NCBI RefSeq assembly: GCF_009834535.1
Contig: NC_045696.1
Location: forward strand, 101,372,001 to 101,436,000
Direction of reading: 5' to 3'
Source of the DNA: Camelus ferus
Lineage: Eukaryota
Length of the DNA: 64,000 nt
This document shows, one piece after another, positions 1-13,228 of this stretch; the stretch's first letter is position 1; each line of letters opens with the position of its first letter. The translations under genes and the position numbers were made by a program. The notes under the pieces were generated by a model. It was not told the DNA's origin, made no database searches, and was given only the letters and a program-made list of their open reading frames with translations.

Positions 1-414
1 TGTAGCTTTAAAGGAACCAAGGTCCTTTGTAATTCATTATCAGTCATTACATGCCCAAGAGACGCGGCCTTGGCTTTCCTTTCCTTTATAACCACACTGT
101 AAAGCTCAGATTATAGGCCATGTGGGCATTTCTACCTTAAACTCAGACTGGATTTATTCACACATAATTATGTGTGTGTGATCTCATTAATTTCTAAGCA
201 GATTATAAATTCATGCATGATTGTCTTTATGCTTTTGTTAGCTGGGATAATTAGTCAGATTTTTCTGAAATCATAAAATTGACATAAAGTTGTCATTGCT
301 TGGTAAATTGTATTTCCCCCACTCTAACAACATTTTAAAGTAAAAATAAAAAATTAAGGAATGAGTTTCATTCTTCTCGTCTTCCACTTCTGCATCTTAC
401 CATCTTCAATAATT

Positions 415-612
415 GTGACATGGTGGAAGGAGTCCAGATTGTAAATTAAAAAAAAAAGATGAATCGTGAGTTTTAGTTTTATCTCTGCTTCTATTACTTG
501 TATTATTTTTAGTAAATCAAGTACCCTCCTTGGGTCTCAGCATCCTCATGTGTAAAATGAGGGAGCTAGACTAAACCTCTAAGGTCCTTGTCAGCACAGA
601 TCCTATGAATCT
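415..612 (+). mobile_element. MIR-family SINE remnant
   Basis: MIR core-like ccttgggtctcagcatcctcatgtgtaaaatgagggagctagactaaacctctaaggtcct. Confidence 0.75.
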
Positions 613-869
613 TATAATTACTTCTATGTTATGGTAGTTTGTGAAGTGCCCTTGTTTAGTGAACAGTTGAGGCCTACATCCTTCTGAACCATTTTTTAAT
701 AGTGCTGGTGCTTCTAAGGGAGGGAAAAACAGTAACAAGTGAATAGATTATTTGCTCCTCATAATGCAGTATCTTTTGAAAATGTCAAATGCTCTGACCA
801 TATAATACCCAGCTTCCATTTTAACCAGTGACTTTTCATTGACACATTCTTCCTTTTCTTTATTCTTTA

Positions 870-1315
870 GTTCATTCATTTTCTGATGTAAAATCAATAC
901 ATTGTCATTGTAAGTAACAGCTTATAAAGCACACACTAAAGAAAGTAAGAAGGAAAAAATAATAATTACCTTTAATATCGCTATCCCAGAGACCCATTTT
1001 CAAAATAATTCCTTTGGGCCCATCTGTGTGTGTGTATAATTTTATGAAATTAGATGGACTGTGCTTTCAGCGCTGTTTTGTGGCCTACCTTTATTACATA
1101 TAAATATTGTGAACATATTTACATACTGGCAAAGATAGAATCTATGTCATTATTTTAATGGCTACAAGCTATTCTAGTGTTTGGAAGTGCCATGACTTAC
1201 TTAACTAAAGAATATGTTGTTGGACAATTTAACTGTTGCCAGTGTTTGGCATTGTAAGGAACTTTTGAAAGAAACATCCTTTATCTTTAAACACTTGTCT
1301 AATTATTTTCTTGCA
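870..1315 (-). mobile_element. Ancient L1 (L1ME-like) 3' end fragment
   Basis: Diverged antisense L1 3' motifs: tcattattttaatggctacaagctattctagtg, gttggacaatttaactgttgccagtgtttggcattgtaa. Confidence 0.65.
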
Positions 1316-3635
1316 TTTCATAAACTTAAGATTTGTACTTTTTTATTGTTGTCATAAGAGGAGATTTACAAAAGTATTTTTCACCTTTGTCTGGTCCTAC
1401 ATAATTGCCATTCAGTCTTGACTCCTGCTTCCTGAGTCATTGCTCCTCAGATCTTCAGCCTTCACCACCCATTGCATCCACCCTCTTCCTTTCTCAAAAG
1501 CTCAAGCATGAGTCCCAACCTCAATGCTGCACGATTAGTGTGGTTGTCTGCCTCAGCTTCTAATCTCTCTTTTTTTTCTTTGTATTTACTCAAATCATGC
1601 TAGCAAGATCTTCCACTCCTTTTGGCTATGTATTTTCCTTTATTATTCCCCCCAGAATATTTAGGATAAAGCTTATGTATCATCAAGTAAACTGTATAGC
1701 TTTCTATGTTTTCCCTCCTCCTGGGTGTCAAATAGATTTGGTTTATATTATTAATACTAACATGCTATATATTTTATTTATGATTTCATAATATATTTAT
1801 ATATAAAGCTATTATAGCTAATCCTTTAATCCTTTGTCTTCAGACTTATTTAATATGCACTTAAAGGATTAATTTCATAATTCAGGGACATGGGTAAGAT
1901 CAAGGAAATATTTTCCTATGATATTGACTACTATGTTTGAGCAAAGGGACACTTTTGTATTTTTGAAATGTCTAAAGAAGGAAAATATAAATAGGCATCT
2001 CTGCTTATACAGCCTCTCAAGTGCATTTTAGCTTCATTTAATTCTTTATCTCTTCTGTTTCAAATTAACTATCTTTATCTTTCCTGCTGATAAAAGCTCA
2101 TGGTTCTGAAAATACAGAAGTAATAATCTTCTTATCTAATATAGCAATAATTACCTTTTGTGCTAGAGTGGAATTCAATAATAAAGGCCTAGGTCCTGTC
2201 TGCGTCCAGACAGTAAACTCAGAAAGCACAGGTTAGCAACATGTACCCTACCCAAAGCTTGGAAGTATAAACACCAGAATGAACCTTCAACAGAGGTCCA
2301 ATGCAACAGCCATTGTAGACTGTAGTCCTGGGAGCAAGATTACCAACCAGTTCTGAAACCTCAGGAAGATGAAAAAGAAATAGAGACCAAAAATCCAAGA
2401 ATCAAGCAAAATGACTCTTCTTGAGCTATTAGAAAACTCTGGGGAGGAAGAGAGGATAATAGTGAGGGTCCCCAGTAAATGTAAATAAGGTTAGGTTATG
2501 GGGAAGAGAGAAAGACAGAGTTTACCAATTCTAGGAAGCTGGGATCAGAGGAAAAAAGAACTGGCCAAGATAAAAAATTATTTTAAAATGGAACTAGGAC
2601 AAGAAAAGGCAAGCCAAGAGACAGGTTTGAACCATAAATCTTACCTTGCTTTCCAGCCAGTGTTAATTGGCTGTAAATGTTACTCACAGATCCCCAAGAC
2701 AATGGTAAAACTGTGCATAACAAGTTCAGCTGGTGGAGATTCTGCTAGTAGGCCACTCTGTCCTGGGAGGGTAAACATAAACACAGCACCTGACGTCACT
2801 GTGAAACATGTGGCCACTATTCTTTTTCAACCTCATGAGAAGTGAAAATGGTTGTTGGAAACAAAAAGTCAGGGACGAGAGGAACAGCGATGAAGCTGAT
2901 GACATGGCCTTTATTCCTGTGAATCAATGAGTTGGAAAGGCTAATTCCAGAAACTAATAGAAATATATTTACCAAAGAGTTGTAGGTTCTGGGAGAGTAC
3001 TACAATCTGGGGGAACTGTTCCCATGAGGGTCTTTGTAAGGCGATGCAGCCCATATGATTAAGTAGGAAATTCTTTCATTGTCCTCATCCTAGCCCCTCC
3101 TTCCACTTGGAGAACTAGCGGCTAGCAGGAGATAGCATCTGTAGCATAAACGAAGACGCTCTGGGTGGGCCACCTTGAGCTGGGAAAACAGTAAGTTTTC
3201 TTCTAACAGCTTTGCAGGTGACTGAGCTCCCTTAGTGGAAGCAGCCAGATGAGGAAAGATCAACTTAGCAGACATTTATGTGTGATAATTGTATCTGATT
3301 CTATGACACGTGGGATACATCTCTGGGGGCATTTCCTGCTATAACTAGGGTTTATCCTGAAAGGTAGTGTCTTACATGAGGATGGGTGGGGTCAAGAGCC
3401 ATTGTAACATGGAGTGTTCATGACATCTTGGTGTACATAGATTCACAAAGTCCTATTTGTAGCCACAGATAAAGGCAAGGTTGAGTGATGTTGGGTTGCA
3501 GATAGAAATATACCAAAGGGAAGCCAAAGATGCCTCAAATATTGTGTGAATTGATTTGTGATTGTGATAAGTTTCCTGTTTGAGAAGCTTCTTAGTGGTC
3601 AGATCAATTTGAAGCCCTCCAAAAGACTTTATGTG

Positions 3636-3668
3636 AAAAAAAAACAAAAAACAAAAAAACAAAAAAAC
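3636..3668 (+). repeat. A-rich (CAAAAAA)n simple repeat
   Basis: aaaaaaaaacaaaaaacaaaaaaacaaaaaaac read directly. Confidence 0.9.
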
Positions 3669-5894
3669 AGAGAGTCCGACTCACCAGAATACCCTGGTTT
3701 CAGACACCAAACTTGAATTGTAAAATGGCCCTACACTTTTTCAAAAATTCCTAAGATAAACTCAAGGAAGGAGCAGAGTCAACAGAAGCTACTAAAATGT
3801 TCCCAAGACATATCAATCCAGACTCTGGAGCCCTGCAAAAGGGCCTTCTATCTCTCTGATGGGATGGAGTATCACTGACCTGTATCACCTGGAATGAACA
3901 ATTTTTGCTTCCAGTCAGCATTCAGAACATAACTGGGATGTCTCCACATTAAATTTAGAATAAAGGCAGGAAAGCTGCTATTTTGTTAAAGATACTAAAA
4001 GTTTGTCTATGCCATATGAGAAATTAAGCCCCATAGTCAGAGAGTCTGGAAGCTAAGAATGAGACCAAAAAAGGGAGAAGAACAATTTTGCATAATAATA
4101 TAAAGAAACATATTATATTCCGTAATAATGTGATATATTTCCAAAGGTTTCTACTCCCCAAAATGAAGACTGTAATTTATCTTAAACTGATTTGTAGTGT
4201 TTCATCTTTGACATATATGATCCTTCCTTGGGAATGTTTATATTTGAGTGTTTTGAGTGCATTCATTCCAAGAGTTAGCCGCCAGCAGGAGAGAATATCA
4301 GACTATCAGACTTGGATGGAGGCAGGGAGAGGGACAGGAGCAATTTCTCTAACTCCTTCTCTTTTGCTCAAACTCCTCCCAAACCCCACAGACTGTTTTC
4401 CAGATTGCATAACTCAGATACTGCAAATAGACTGACCGGGGTATTACCTGGTGGAAGTAAGAGTGGCACATATCCTGGTAGAAGAGAACAGTCAGTGGGT
4501 TACTAGAAGCACACATTTGCACTGCAAGAAAAGAAAGCAGACTCTTCTAGGACAGTTACAACAAAGGAAAATAATGTCATAAACCACGGTGTTCCCAAGA
4601 GAGAAACCCCATTATTAGCTGAGTTTCTTTTATCCTCAGTCCTTAGACTCCAGAAAAGTCATCTTAACATCTAATTTTACAGGTCTCCTTTCCCCATTCA
4701 GTGTTGTAAGTCCCTATGGCTATCCTCAAACTTTCATTGCTTATGTAACACACTAAAACCCAGTGTTAGAAGTTAGTGTAGTGGCAAAAATACGATTGAA
4801 GGGACGATGCCCATTCTGTAGTTCTAGACTGAAACCATAGCAAAGGGGACAATGTAGGTGCAAGGGTGGCCGTGAGGAACTTCATGTCAGAGGAGGGGCA
4901 GACTGCAGCACGCGCCCCTCCAGAAGAGGATGAAGACAGTCTTCTGTCCAAATGCCTTAGAACAAGGCTGTCCTGTCCAAGGAAGGGGTAGATATAGGAT
5001 GGGCAGGGCAAGTCGGATCCCATCATTTGGTGGATAAGGGCTATCTAATTAACAAATATTTGGGTTACAGAACAAAATTACATAAATAAAAATCTTTAAT
5101 TAAAAAATAATGTGTAGCAACTGTATGCGTATTTCAATAGGTATTCAATGCAACTAGATATTAATTTGAAAGGAAAAGTATTTGGAATATTCTTGTAAAA
5201 TTTTCATTCTGGAGAACATATTTTAACACAATTATATTAAAGTTGACATTTTATCATATAGTTTTATATTACTCTGCAATAGTTTCATGTGGTTTCTCCT
5301 CCTACCTCCACCCCCCAGTTATAAGTCCATTAGTTCACAGCTATTGCATAATTATGTGGCTAGATTTTGCTGCCATCCCACATTTAAACGACTTCCCACA
5401 GACATCAGCAAGGACCCAGTCTCCAGATAGCACTGTTAGAAATGAGTCACTCTGTCTTATTTGGGGTTAGCAATGCTAGGTTTATTTTTACCTCAATGGT
5501 AGTTTTGTAATAGAACCATGAGTATCTCATAACATGGGATAGACTCAGACCATCTCAAAATACCATTGGTTCATATAGCCTGGTCAAATGGCTTCTGTGA
5601 ATTTTTCTTCCACGTAATTTTGGAGCTGTAAATAAATGGTCTACCTTTAAAGCTACCTACACTCAGCACAGATCATTCACAACAGCTATCTAAATCCTTC
5701 CTTTTCCCCATCCAGTGGCCTAAAAATAATTATCATGTAAATTCTCTCTTCCTGTATCAGTGGGAAAACTGTGGATTTTGTAAGGAAAAAAAAGTAAAGG
5801 AGCATTTGGTTAGTTGAGACTGAGAATGTCAGATTTTGAGGTCTTTGGGGCTTTTAGACACATATACCTAAAAATGAGTTTCTGATCTCTCTAT

Positions 5895-6003
5895 CCGGTC
5901 TTTCTAGGCCAGCAAGGGTTAAAGTATGTCATTGTGTCTCCCACTGCACCCGTAACAGTGCTAGTCCTGTATCAGCTCTCAGTAGACATACATTTTATCA
6001 ATA
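5895..6003 (+). mobile_element. L2 3' end remnant
   Basis: cattgtgtctcccactgcacccgtaacagtgctagtcctgtatcagctctcagtagacat resembles the L2 terminus. Confidence 0.45.
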
Positions 6004-7099
6004 GGTCTTTGTAATAGAATTTAATCTGCAGCTATCAGATTGGGATTCCTTTGCAAACTTCTTTGCAAAACGCAAAGTTCAGTTATTCCCAGTTGCCAAG
6101 GAAACACTCTTAAGACCATGAGACCACTGCCAATGGGGTTAGTGTCTTCAAGACTGACCACCCTCTCCAAGCATATAGAGTGTCAGAAACCTATGTTCAC
6201 ACATAGAAGAAATTGCATTTGCTGTTCCAAACTAGGTAATGAAATACAAGTTACAGTAATTGAAATAAAGGCCAAAATTGTCACCTTTAGCCTTTAAGAG
6301 TTGAATGATCCAAAGCCTAGTGTATTAAGTTTTACTGAGAAAAGTAAATTTTACCTTGTCAGTCAATCACTTAGAATAAAATACAACACCACTGCTACTG
6401 GCTCATGATGGGAAATCTACAGTAAATTGAAAATTAATTAACTAATTAGCAAATTAATTACAAGTATTTTGAACTAGACACTTTCATTTCTGTTTTGAAT
6501 TTGCCTTTGGAGAGCCACAAAATCAGGCATATTTTGACACCAGTTTTTTATTATGCCTTTGCTTTCGTAATCTCTAAATAAAATACAATAAATTTCATGT
6601 TCTGTGCCATGAGATTTATTGTGTTTTATTAATAAATAAGTCTCTGGGAGAAAAGAGAATGATCGTTTCTTCCTCCCCCACTTCCCGTCCCTCACCCACC
6701 CCAGTAACTAAGCGGTACATCTTGGGGTAGGCAGTTTTCTCCATCAGAAGCTCAGATCTTGAACAAGATGGCAGGCTTGTCTCCCTGGCAATATTCCCAG
6801 TGAAAAGTTCTCACAAGATTTACCTGTTTAAGAGACAGTTAAGAGGCAGATTCCAGATTTGAAGGCAGTTAATCTGCTGGAGAAGACAACTTGCTAAGTC
6901 TCATCTGATACCAAGACTGTGTCTGAATTCTACCTAGATAAATCCCAAATGATGTTTGGCCAACTCAAGGGGACCAGGGAACAGTAGATGCAAATATTCT
7001 GCATCTTATTTAGCCATAGCAGGTATTAGACCACAAGACTTATGTATGTATGTTCCTAGCCGTTAGAATTAAAACTAGAATGTTCTTTTCCCTTCTCTT

Positions 7100-7575
7100 T
7101 GTGTGGCTGACTCCTTTTTTCAGGCCAAATATTACCTTCTTAGAAGCCTTCCCTGGTGTCCCTCTTCACTGTCTCTTCCCGAAACCAACACATTTTTCTG
7201 TAATTATAATCTTTTCACTTTCCGTAGAACATATTGAGCAGTTTGTAATTATACATTTCTTTATTTACCATTTACTGTCTTTATCAGAAGATTGTTGTTT
7301 TACGCTCTTAAAAACCTATTTTTTTTGTTTTCTTATCTATTTTATATATAGTAACAAATTTCTTCTGTATAGCACAGGGAACGATATTCAGTATCTTATA
7401 GTAACCTATAATGAAAAAATTATGAAAACTAATACCATTATGAAAACTAATACGTATGTATATGTATGACTGAAACACTGTGCTGTACACCAGAAACTGA
7501 CATATTGTAACTGACTATACTTTGATTAAAAAAAGAACAAGAGGAAAAAATATATATGTTGAATTAATAAATGCT
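7100..7575 (+). mobile_element. L2 3' end remnant interrupted by a short L1 insertion
   Basis: caggccaaatattaccttcttagaagccttccctg before the L1 and the terminal tgttgaattaataaatg after it. Confidence 0.55.
7320..7550 (+). mobile_element. Short L1 3'UTR insertion with a small 5' inverted segment
   Basis: Sense L1 3'UTR from ~7353 (aacaaatttcttctgtatagcacagggaac...actgactatac + A tail); 7320-7352 is the reverse complement of the adjacent upstream L1 sequence. Confidence 0.85.
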
Positions 7576-7791
7576 GACTAGAGTTACTCATTTAAGCATA
7601 GTAAGAAGATAGTAAGAAGACATTCATTTTTTTAATCTTTAACCCTTTTATTTAATAACAACATAGACATTCATATATCCAACTTATATTTTAACATAAT
7701 TATAGGAAAAACTTGGACAACAAGACCATCAATAGAGACACAAAAGTATACTCCATATATTAACATCATAGTAAAATGACTATATACTTCT

Positions 7792-8112
7792 TTTTTTAAA
7801 ACCTAGGGGTTTTCTAATTTTATTTTTTTATTAAAATATAGTTGATTTACAATGTTGTATTAGTTTCAGGTGTACAGCAAAGTGATTTAGTTTATATATA
7901 CATATATATATCCTTTTTCAGATTCTTCTCCATTATAATTTACTACATGATACTGAATATAGTTCCCTGTGCTATACAGTAGGACCTTGTTTTTTATCTG
8001 TTTTATATATATTAGTTTGTTAACCTGCTAATCCCAAACTTCTAATTTTTCCCTCTCCCCCATTTTCTCCTTTGGCAACCAAAGTTTTTTTGTTTTTTCC
8101 CTATGTCTTGAG
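7792..8112 (-). mobile_element. L1 3'UTR fragment (older artiodactyl-type 3' end)
   Basis: atagttgatttacaatgttgtattagtttcaggtgtacagcaaagtgatt; degraded TSD tgactatatacttct (7777-7791) / tgattatacatttct (8113-8127). Confidence 0.9.
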
Positions 8113-9914
8113 TGATTATACATTTCTTACACATTTTCTAATAAAGCATAATGTGTATTTACTTTATTGTTTTAGAATATTCAGACTTTCTATAGCATAC
8201 AAAACAAGTGGAATGGAAGAAACTCAAAACGTGTTAAGCAACAAAAAATAAGCTCAAGAGACATGGTAGCCATAAATAAAGTAAAGCAGAGCATGTGAAT
8301 ACTATCGGTAAAAGAGATGGCCCCAGTGGGTACTAAACATACAAGAGGCATACGAGGCTCTCAGTCCTCATGAGGACTTAGTCAGCCACCCACTGGTGAA
8401 ACTCAGCCTGATCTCACATCCCAGACAGATGCATGAAGCCACAGGCTTCTTGGCAAGTTTCATCTATGAATCAGATGTACTTGCCTCTGCTTTCCCTGAA
8501 CAAGCAGCGTGTGGTGGTGCTCCCAGTTTTACCTGACCACATCTATCTGTCTGATTTTTTGATACGGCAATTTTATCAAGTTCTAAAGGCCCATTTTCGT
8601 GCCTGTTGTTACACCCTAAGCAGGCAATATTAGAAAAGGAAAGGACTATGTTGAACAAAAAAGATTGCCACTGTGATGGCCAGCTTATAATTCCTTTAGG
8701 CCACAGGACACAGAGAAGCAGCAAAGGAGAAGATGGCAGAAATGACATTCTCTATCTCTCCTCACAGTAGACCAGAGAGATGGGCTATTGAGTCCCTTTT
8801 TAAAAACCAGACTCACAAATGCTTCTTGAATCTGCCCATCTTCACTTTTTCTTACTCTTCTGTTGGTATTGTATGGGGAAAAGAAGTAGCAAAACATAAA
8901 TTATACACAACCTTTCGGCTCCTTAGTCCAGAGTCCCTGCCACTGCCCATCAGGAAAGGTCAAGGACTTCTTTATGTATACAGCAGTGCAGGCAAGTTTA
9001 AGGAGGACAAATGCAGTGTTTGGTGACCTCCCTGTTGGATTCCTTGCATTCAAAGGAAGTGATATGGGATATCTTAAAAAAAAGAAAAAAAGACAACTTC
9101 TGGGGGCTGTCTGGAATGCCTGGTTTGGGCTGTAAAAGTTGGCCACGGGAGATACAGTGTATACACTGGGCAGGAATGAAACAGGTAACATAGCAAAGGG
9201 CCATTTTTCCTAACAACCACAAGTGGCCATGAAGTTTTAGCCGTTTCTCTAACTCCCTTCCCTGGAGAATATGCATTCTGAAACGATAAACTAGGAACTT
9301 CCCTCAGTGGTGTTGAAATAGCCTCCCTTTCTCACCTCCAACCCAAATCCTACATATCCTAACTTTTCACTGTGAAGACATTAATCATCAATTATTTTGT
9401 GCAAGCCCTGTATTTATCCATGTACTGTTACAGAATTCAATTTCATCCTCTTTTTTTTCTGTATCTTAAGACATCTGCTTTCCAGAGTATTTTATTGAAT
9501 CAGCAATTTGTATTTCCATTTGTGGTGCAGGAAAAAAAAATGTATTTCTGAAACAACCATGTTGCCACAAATGCACATACAAACATAGAGCATCACTACT
9601 TACAGAATTCTGGAACATCTTGGAATAAGCCATAAGAGAAACCCAAGCCTAATTATATGCTTGCTCACTCTATTTAAAAGCTTTAGATGCCCCAAACTTC
9701 AAAGATTTGTTTGGATCTGGGAAAACTCCAGAAAGAGCCAAAGTACTTTCTATGTAAATAGCCAAAAAACGGTGGGAGCCTTAAACAGCTACTCTGTGCA
9801 TGGCTAGTGGGGAATCTGGTAACCGAAGAACAGAGCCCTAGCCCTGAACTCTTCTGTAACCTACTTCAAAGCCACTTAGTAATAATTTCACCAAAATAGA
9901 CAAATAAAAACAGC

Positions 9915-10070
9915 ATAGCATTTTAGAATTGAAAGAAAACTTTGTGATGATTTCACCAGACACTTTATTCTACCATCTAGCAAACTTGGGAGCAGAAAAG
10001 TTAGGTGATATGCTCTCAGGTCCATAGATACTTAAGCCACAGAGCCATGGTGCTTTGATTCCTTGCCCAA
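9915..10070 (-). mobile_element. MIR remnant
   Basis: ttttagaattgaaagaaaacttt...aaacttgggagcagaaaagttaggtgatatgctctcaggtccatag. Confidence 0.6.
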
Positions 10071-10154
10071 GACTGACCATTACAGGAAAAGTATCATCTC
10101 TAATTCCAGGGCCTGACGGAGCTACTGAGCAGATAGGCAAGAGGGTTAGAAAGA

Positions 10155-10262
10155 GGTTTGATGTCCTGGTTTGCTCAAGGCTGTCTCAGTTTTAGCACCA
10201 AAAGTCCTGGATTCCAGGAAGCCCCTCAGTCCCAAGCAAACCAGGATGGTTGGTCACTTTTT
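10155..10262 (-). mobile_element. hAT-Blackjack MITE (MER81-like)
   Basis: Inverted termini gtcctggtttgctc / agcaaaccaggatggttggtcac with internal agttttagcaccaaaagtcc...gcccctcagtccc. Confidence 0.8.
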
Positions 10263-10535
10263 GCGTTAATAACTGCAGTTGACAGGTTCAGGGTTTCATC
10301 TTTAGCTCCATGATCCCTGATAGTATCAGGGCGAGGGGCACGGTAGAGCTGCAAGCTTTCTGGCTCTATGTGGAAGCTGGGGAGAGAAGCCTTTAGGAAG
10401 AGGATTCCTTAGGTCAGCAATACATATGGTAGTAAATCAATATTAAAGTATTGCTGAGGGAATGAGTCCAGTAGTCACGTGGAAAGTTACCTGTATACAG
10501 TGGTTGTCCATAGATACAGTTTCAGGTGAGCTATC

Positions 10536-11022
10536 TATAGTGGGTAGAAAAGTGACCTCCCCTAAAAGTCCATATCCTAATCCATGCCCATGTATATAGG
10601 ATATTGGCAGGAGAGAAGTAAGGCTGAAGACAGAATTAAGGTTGCTAATTCTACCTGTGTGGTAAGTGATTATACCTAATTATCCCAGTGGGCCTACTGT
10701 GATCTCAAGGATCATTAAAATGGGGAACATGAGGCAGGAAGGTCAGAACCAGGGAGATGGCATTGTAGCAACTCTTCCATTTGAAAATGGAAGGGGCCAT
10801 AAGGTAAGGAATTAGGGTGGGCTCTAGAAGCTGAAAAGGCAACAAAAGGGATTCTCCCCTGGAGTTTCCAGAAAGGAACACAGCCCTGCTGACACCTGAA
10901 TTTTAGCCAGTGAGATCCGTATTGCGCTTCTGACCTTTAGAACTAAAAGATAATAAATTTGTGTCATTCTAAGCCACTAAGTTTGTGGTAATTTGTTACA
11001 GAAGCAATAGGAAACTAATATA
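10536..11022 (+). mobile_element. MaLR solo LTR (MLT1D-like), full length
   Basis: gaattaaggttgctaat, ctagaagctgaaaaggcaac, aataaatttgtgtcattctaagccactaagtttgtggtaatttgttacagaagcaataggaaactaata; 5-bp TSD ctatc/ctatt. Confidence 0.9.
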
Positions 11023-12034
11023 CTATTCCAGAGGTAAAAGATAGAATAGCTCATAAACCAAAAAGTAAATTGCTCAAATCATATGGTTGGTTAAAGGAAT
11101 TTAAAACATACAGTAAGAAGGAAGGAGAAGGAGATGACATGAGCTTGCACAGTTAAGATGGGGTCCTAGCATACTACTTGAATCCTGGGTGCACAATGTT
11201 CACGTGCCTTGTTCCTCGCTGTGCCACATCAGCCTCCGAACTGCTCCAGCAGTGTAGTTAAGAGAATTAGAGTTAAGATGTGAGCGAAACTGCCCATGGA
11301 TTGAAGGTACAATGAGCCACTGATGCGCACTAGCAAGAAACAGGGACAAGGACACCTGGCCAGAGCTGGGGAGCAGTTAACCTACTGAATAGCCATGGGT
11401 TTCATTGTGTTTCTTGGGTAAAGGACACATGGGACCAAAACGGTGTCGTCAATAGGTGGCCAAATTAAGACCTCGTACATAATGAGTGTTCATGTATATT
11501 TACTTACCCAAATATTCAATGTCCCTTGTATATTTTAAAGCTCAGGTACCTCTTATAATTAAGAGAGTCTCATGAATATTAACTCTCTTGGTCCATCTAT
11601 TCTTTCGGTTTAATACATGCTGTACTCCCTGCTTTTTTATACATTTTGTGAGTTTCATACAGCTCATCTGTGTTCTGGTTTTCCATAGCAGAACTGGGTA
11701 TTCTCAAACAAAAGAATAAGAGCATATTATACCTGTGAAGAGGATGAACAAAGTCGGGAGGCATTTCAAGGCTGACCCAATGCAATGACATTCTGAAAAT
11801 CTGTCTCAGGTCTTGTAAACATGCCTACTGTCACCTCTCTGTATTCCTTAAGTGGGAAATTTATAGAGACACTGTTTTTTAAAGATAGATCATTTTTTTC
11901 CTCCAAATATAAAAATGTACCTCTTCTCTCCCCCTGAGAATTATTACTTAAGGATAACCTTTGTCTGTTTAGTCATTGGTGTTATTCAGCATGAAGGAAT
12001 ATGTGTCTCTTATCCTCTTGCCTTATATTTAAGG

Positions 12035-12205
12035 GGAACTGTGGATCAGTGCAAAGGGCAGGGCTCTGAATTTCAGGAGATGGGACGCTTGTCGCCCTTT
12101 TACTCCTAAATAGCACTGTGATAGTGGGCCATTAACTTCAAGTACTGATCTCCTGTTTTCCTCCTGTGTAAGACTGGGGAGTGAGACTCGAGAATTTCAA
12201 TGACT
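12035..12205 (+). mobile_element. MIR remnant
   Basis: gggctctgaatttcaggag...cactgtgatagtgggccattaacttc...gttttcctcctgtgtaagactgggga. Confidence 0.6.
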
Positions 12206-12566
12206 GTGTTTGATAGTATAAACTAATTGCCATCAATCACTCCTGCCCTTGGATTTGCCTCAAAGTCAGCAGTTTGGGTTTTGAACACTGCTTTTCCCAA
12301 GAGCCTTAAAAATAGTAAAATAAAATTCATAAGCGAAAGCCAACCTCAGAATCACATGGAGCAATTCAATCTTACATATAAACAAGAAAGACAGAAAAAA
12401 AATCATTTCAACATGTTGCCTTTCCACCACTGAAATACGGTTAACTGAGCCTTTTGGGTTTTAAAGTCATAATTTGGATCACAGTACAAGTGGCTAGCAG
12501 AACTTCTCAACTCTAAAAAAAGAAAATCGATAAACAAAACATGCCCAAAGATTAGCCCCAAGCTTT

Positions 12567-12606
12567 AATCTTAACAAAGGCCTTAAATCTTAACAAAGGC
12601 CTTAAA
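12567..12606 (+). repeat. Perfect 19-bp tandem duplication
   Basis: tcttaacaaaggccttaaa x2. Confidence 0.95.
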
Positions 12607-13181
12607 GAGTCAGCAACTGACTTTGGTCAAATACATGAATACCGCATTATTTCCTTGACAAGGACCATTATCCCAAAGCTTTGTCTGTGGCTGTGTTTAT
12701 CCTTGCTGTTGGAGCATTGTTATGTATATAGCTCCTATGCTACAGTTCGAAACCAGTTCCTGCTATTCTGTTCTGAAGAGTGTCTCCTGGGCTCTACAGA
12801 ATTACTCAACTGTTTCTCTACTCAAATTACTTCTTTAGAAACTAAAAAATTCTCTTGCTTTTCTTCTTCCTTAAGAGATAGTATTTTATAATCCTTCAGT
12901 CTTTTCCTTTTCATTTTTTTCCTCTTCTCTGCATAAGATCTCTAAAGAGGTGAAGGCCAGAATGGGACTGATGCTCCGGTGAGGATTGGTGAGTCAGAGG
13001 CCAATGAGAAGATGCTCAGAATCCGACAGGCCATGTGCCCCTCTGTCTCACAGCAGCAGGTGGCAGTCTGCTCTCAGGCTGGGTGGTCACACGCTAGGAG
13101 TCGGAGATCTCAAAATGTGCCCTCCAGGATCCCACTGGCTTTCTTTGCCAAACTCAGAGTTCAGACTTTAACCCACCACTC

Positions 13182-13228
13182 AAAAAAAAAAAAAAAAAAA
13201 CAAAAAAACAAAAAAACCAACTAAAAAC
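13182..13228 (+). repeat. Poly-A / A-rich tract
   Basis: A19 followed by caaaaaaacaaaaaaacc. Confidence 0.9.

Noticed and set aside
11597..11791. LFFCLRI motif reminiscent of the ICOS leader peptide
   Set aside because: Only a few residues match, there is no phase-1 donor after it, and no Ig-domain exon is visible.
12567..12606. Direct repeats as a CRISPR-like array
   Set aside because: Two adjacent copies with no spacers in mammalian DNA; a simple slippage duplication.
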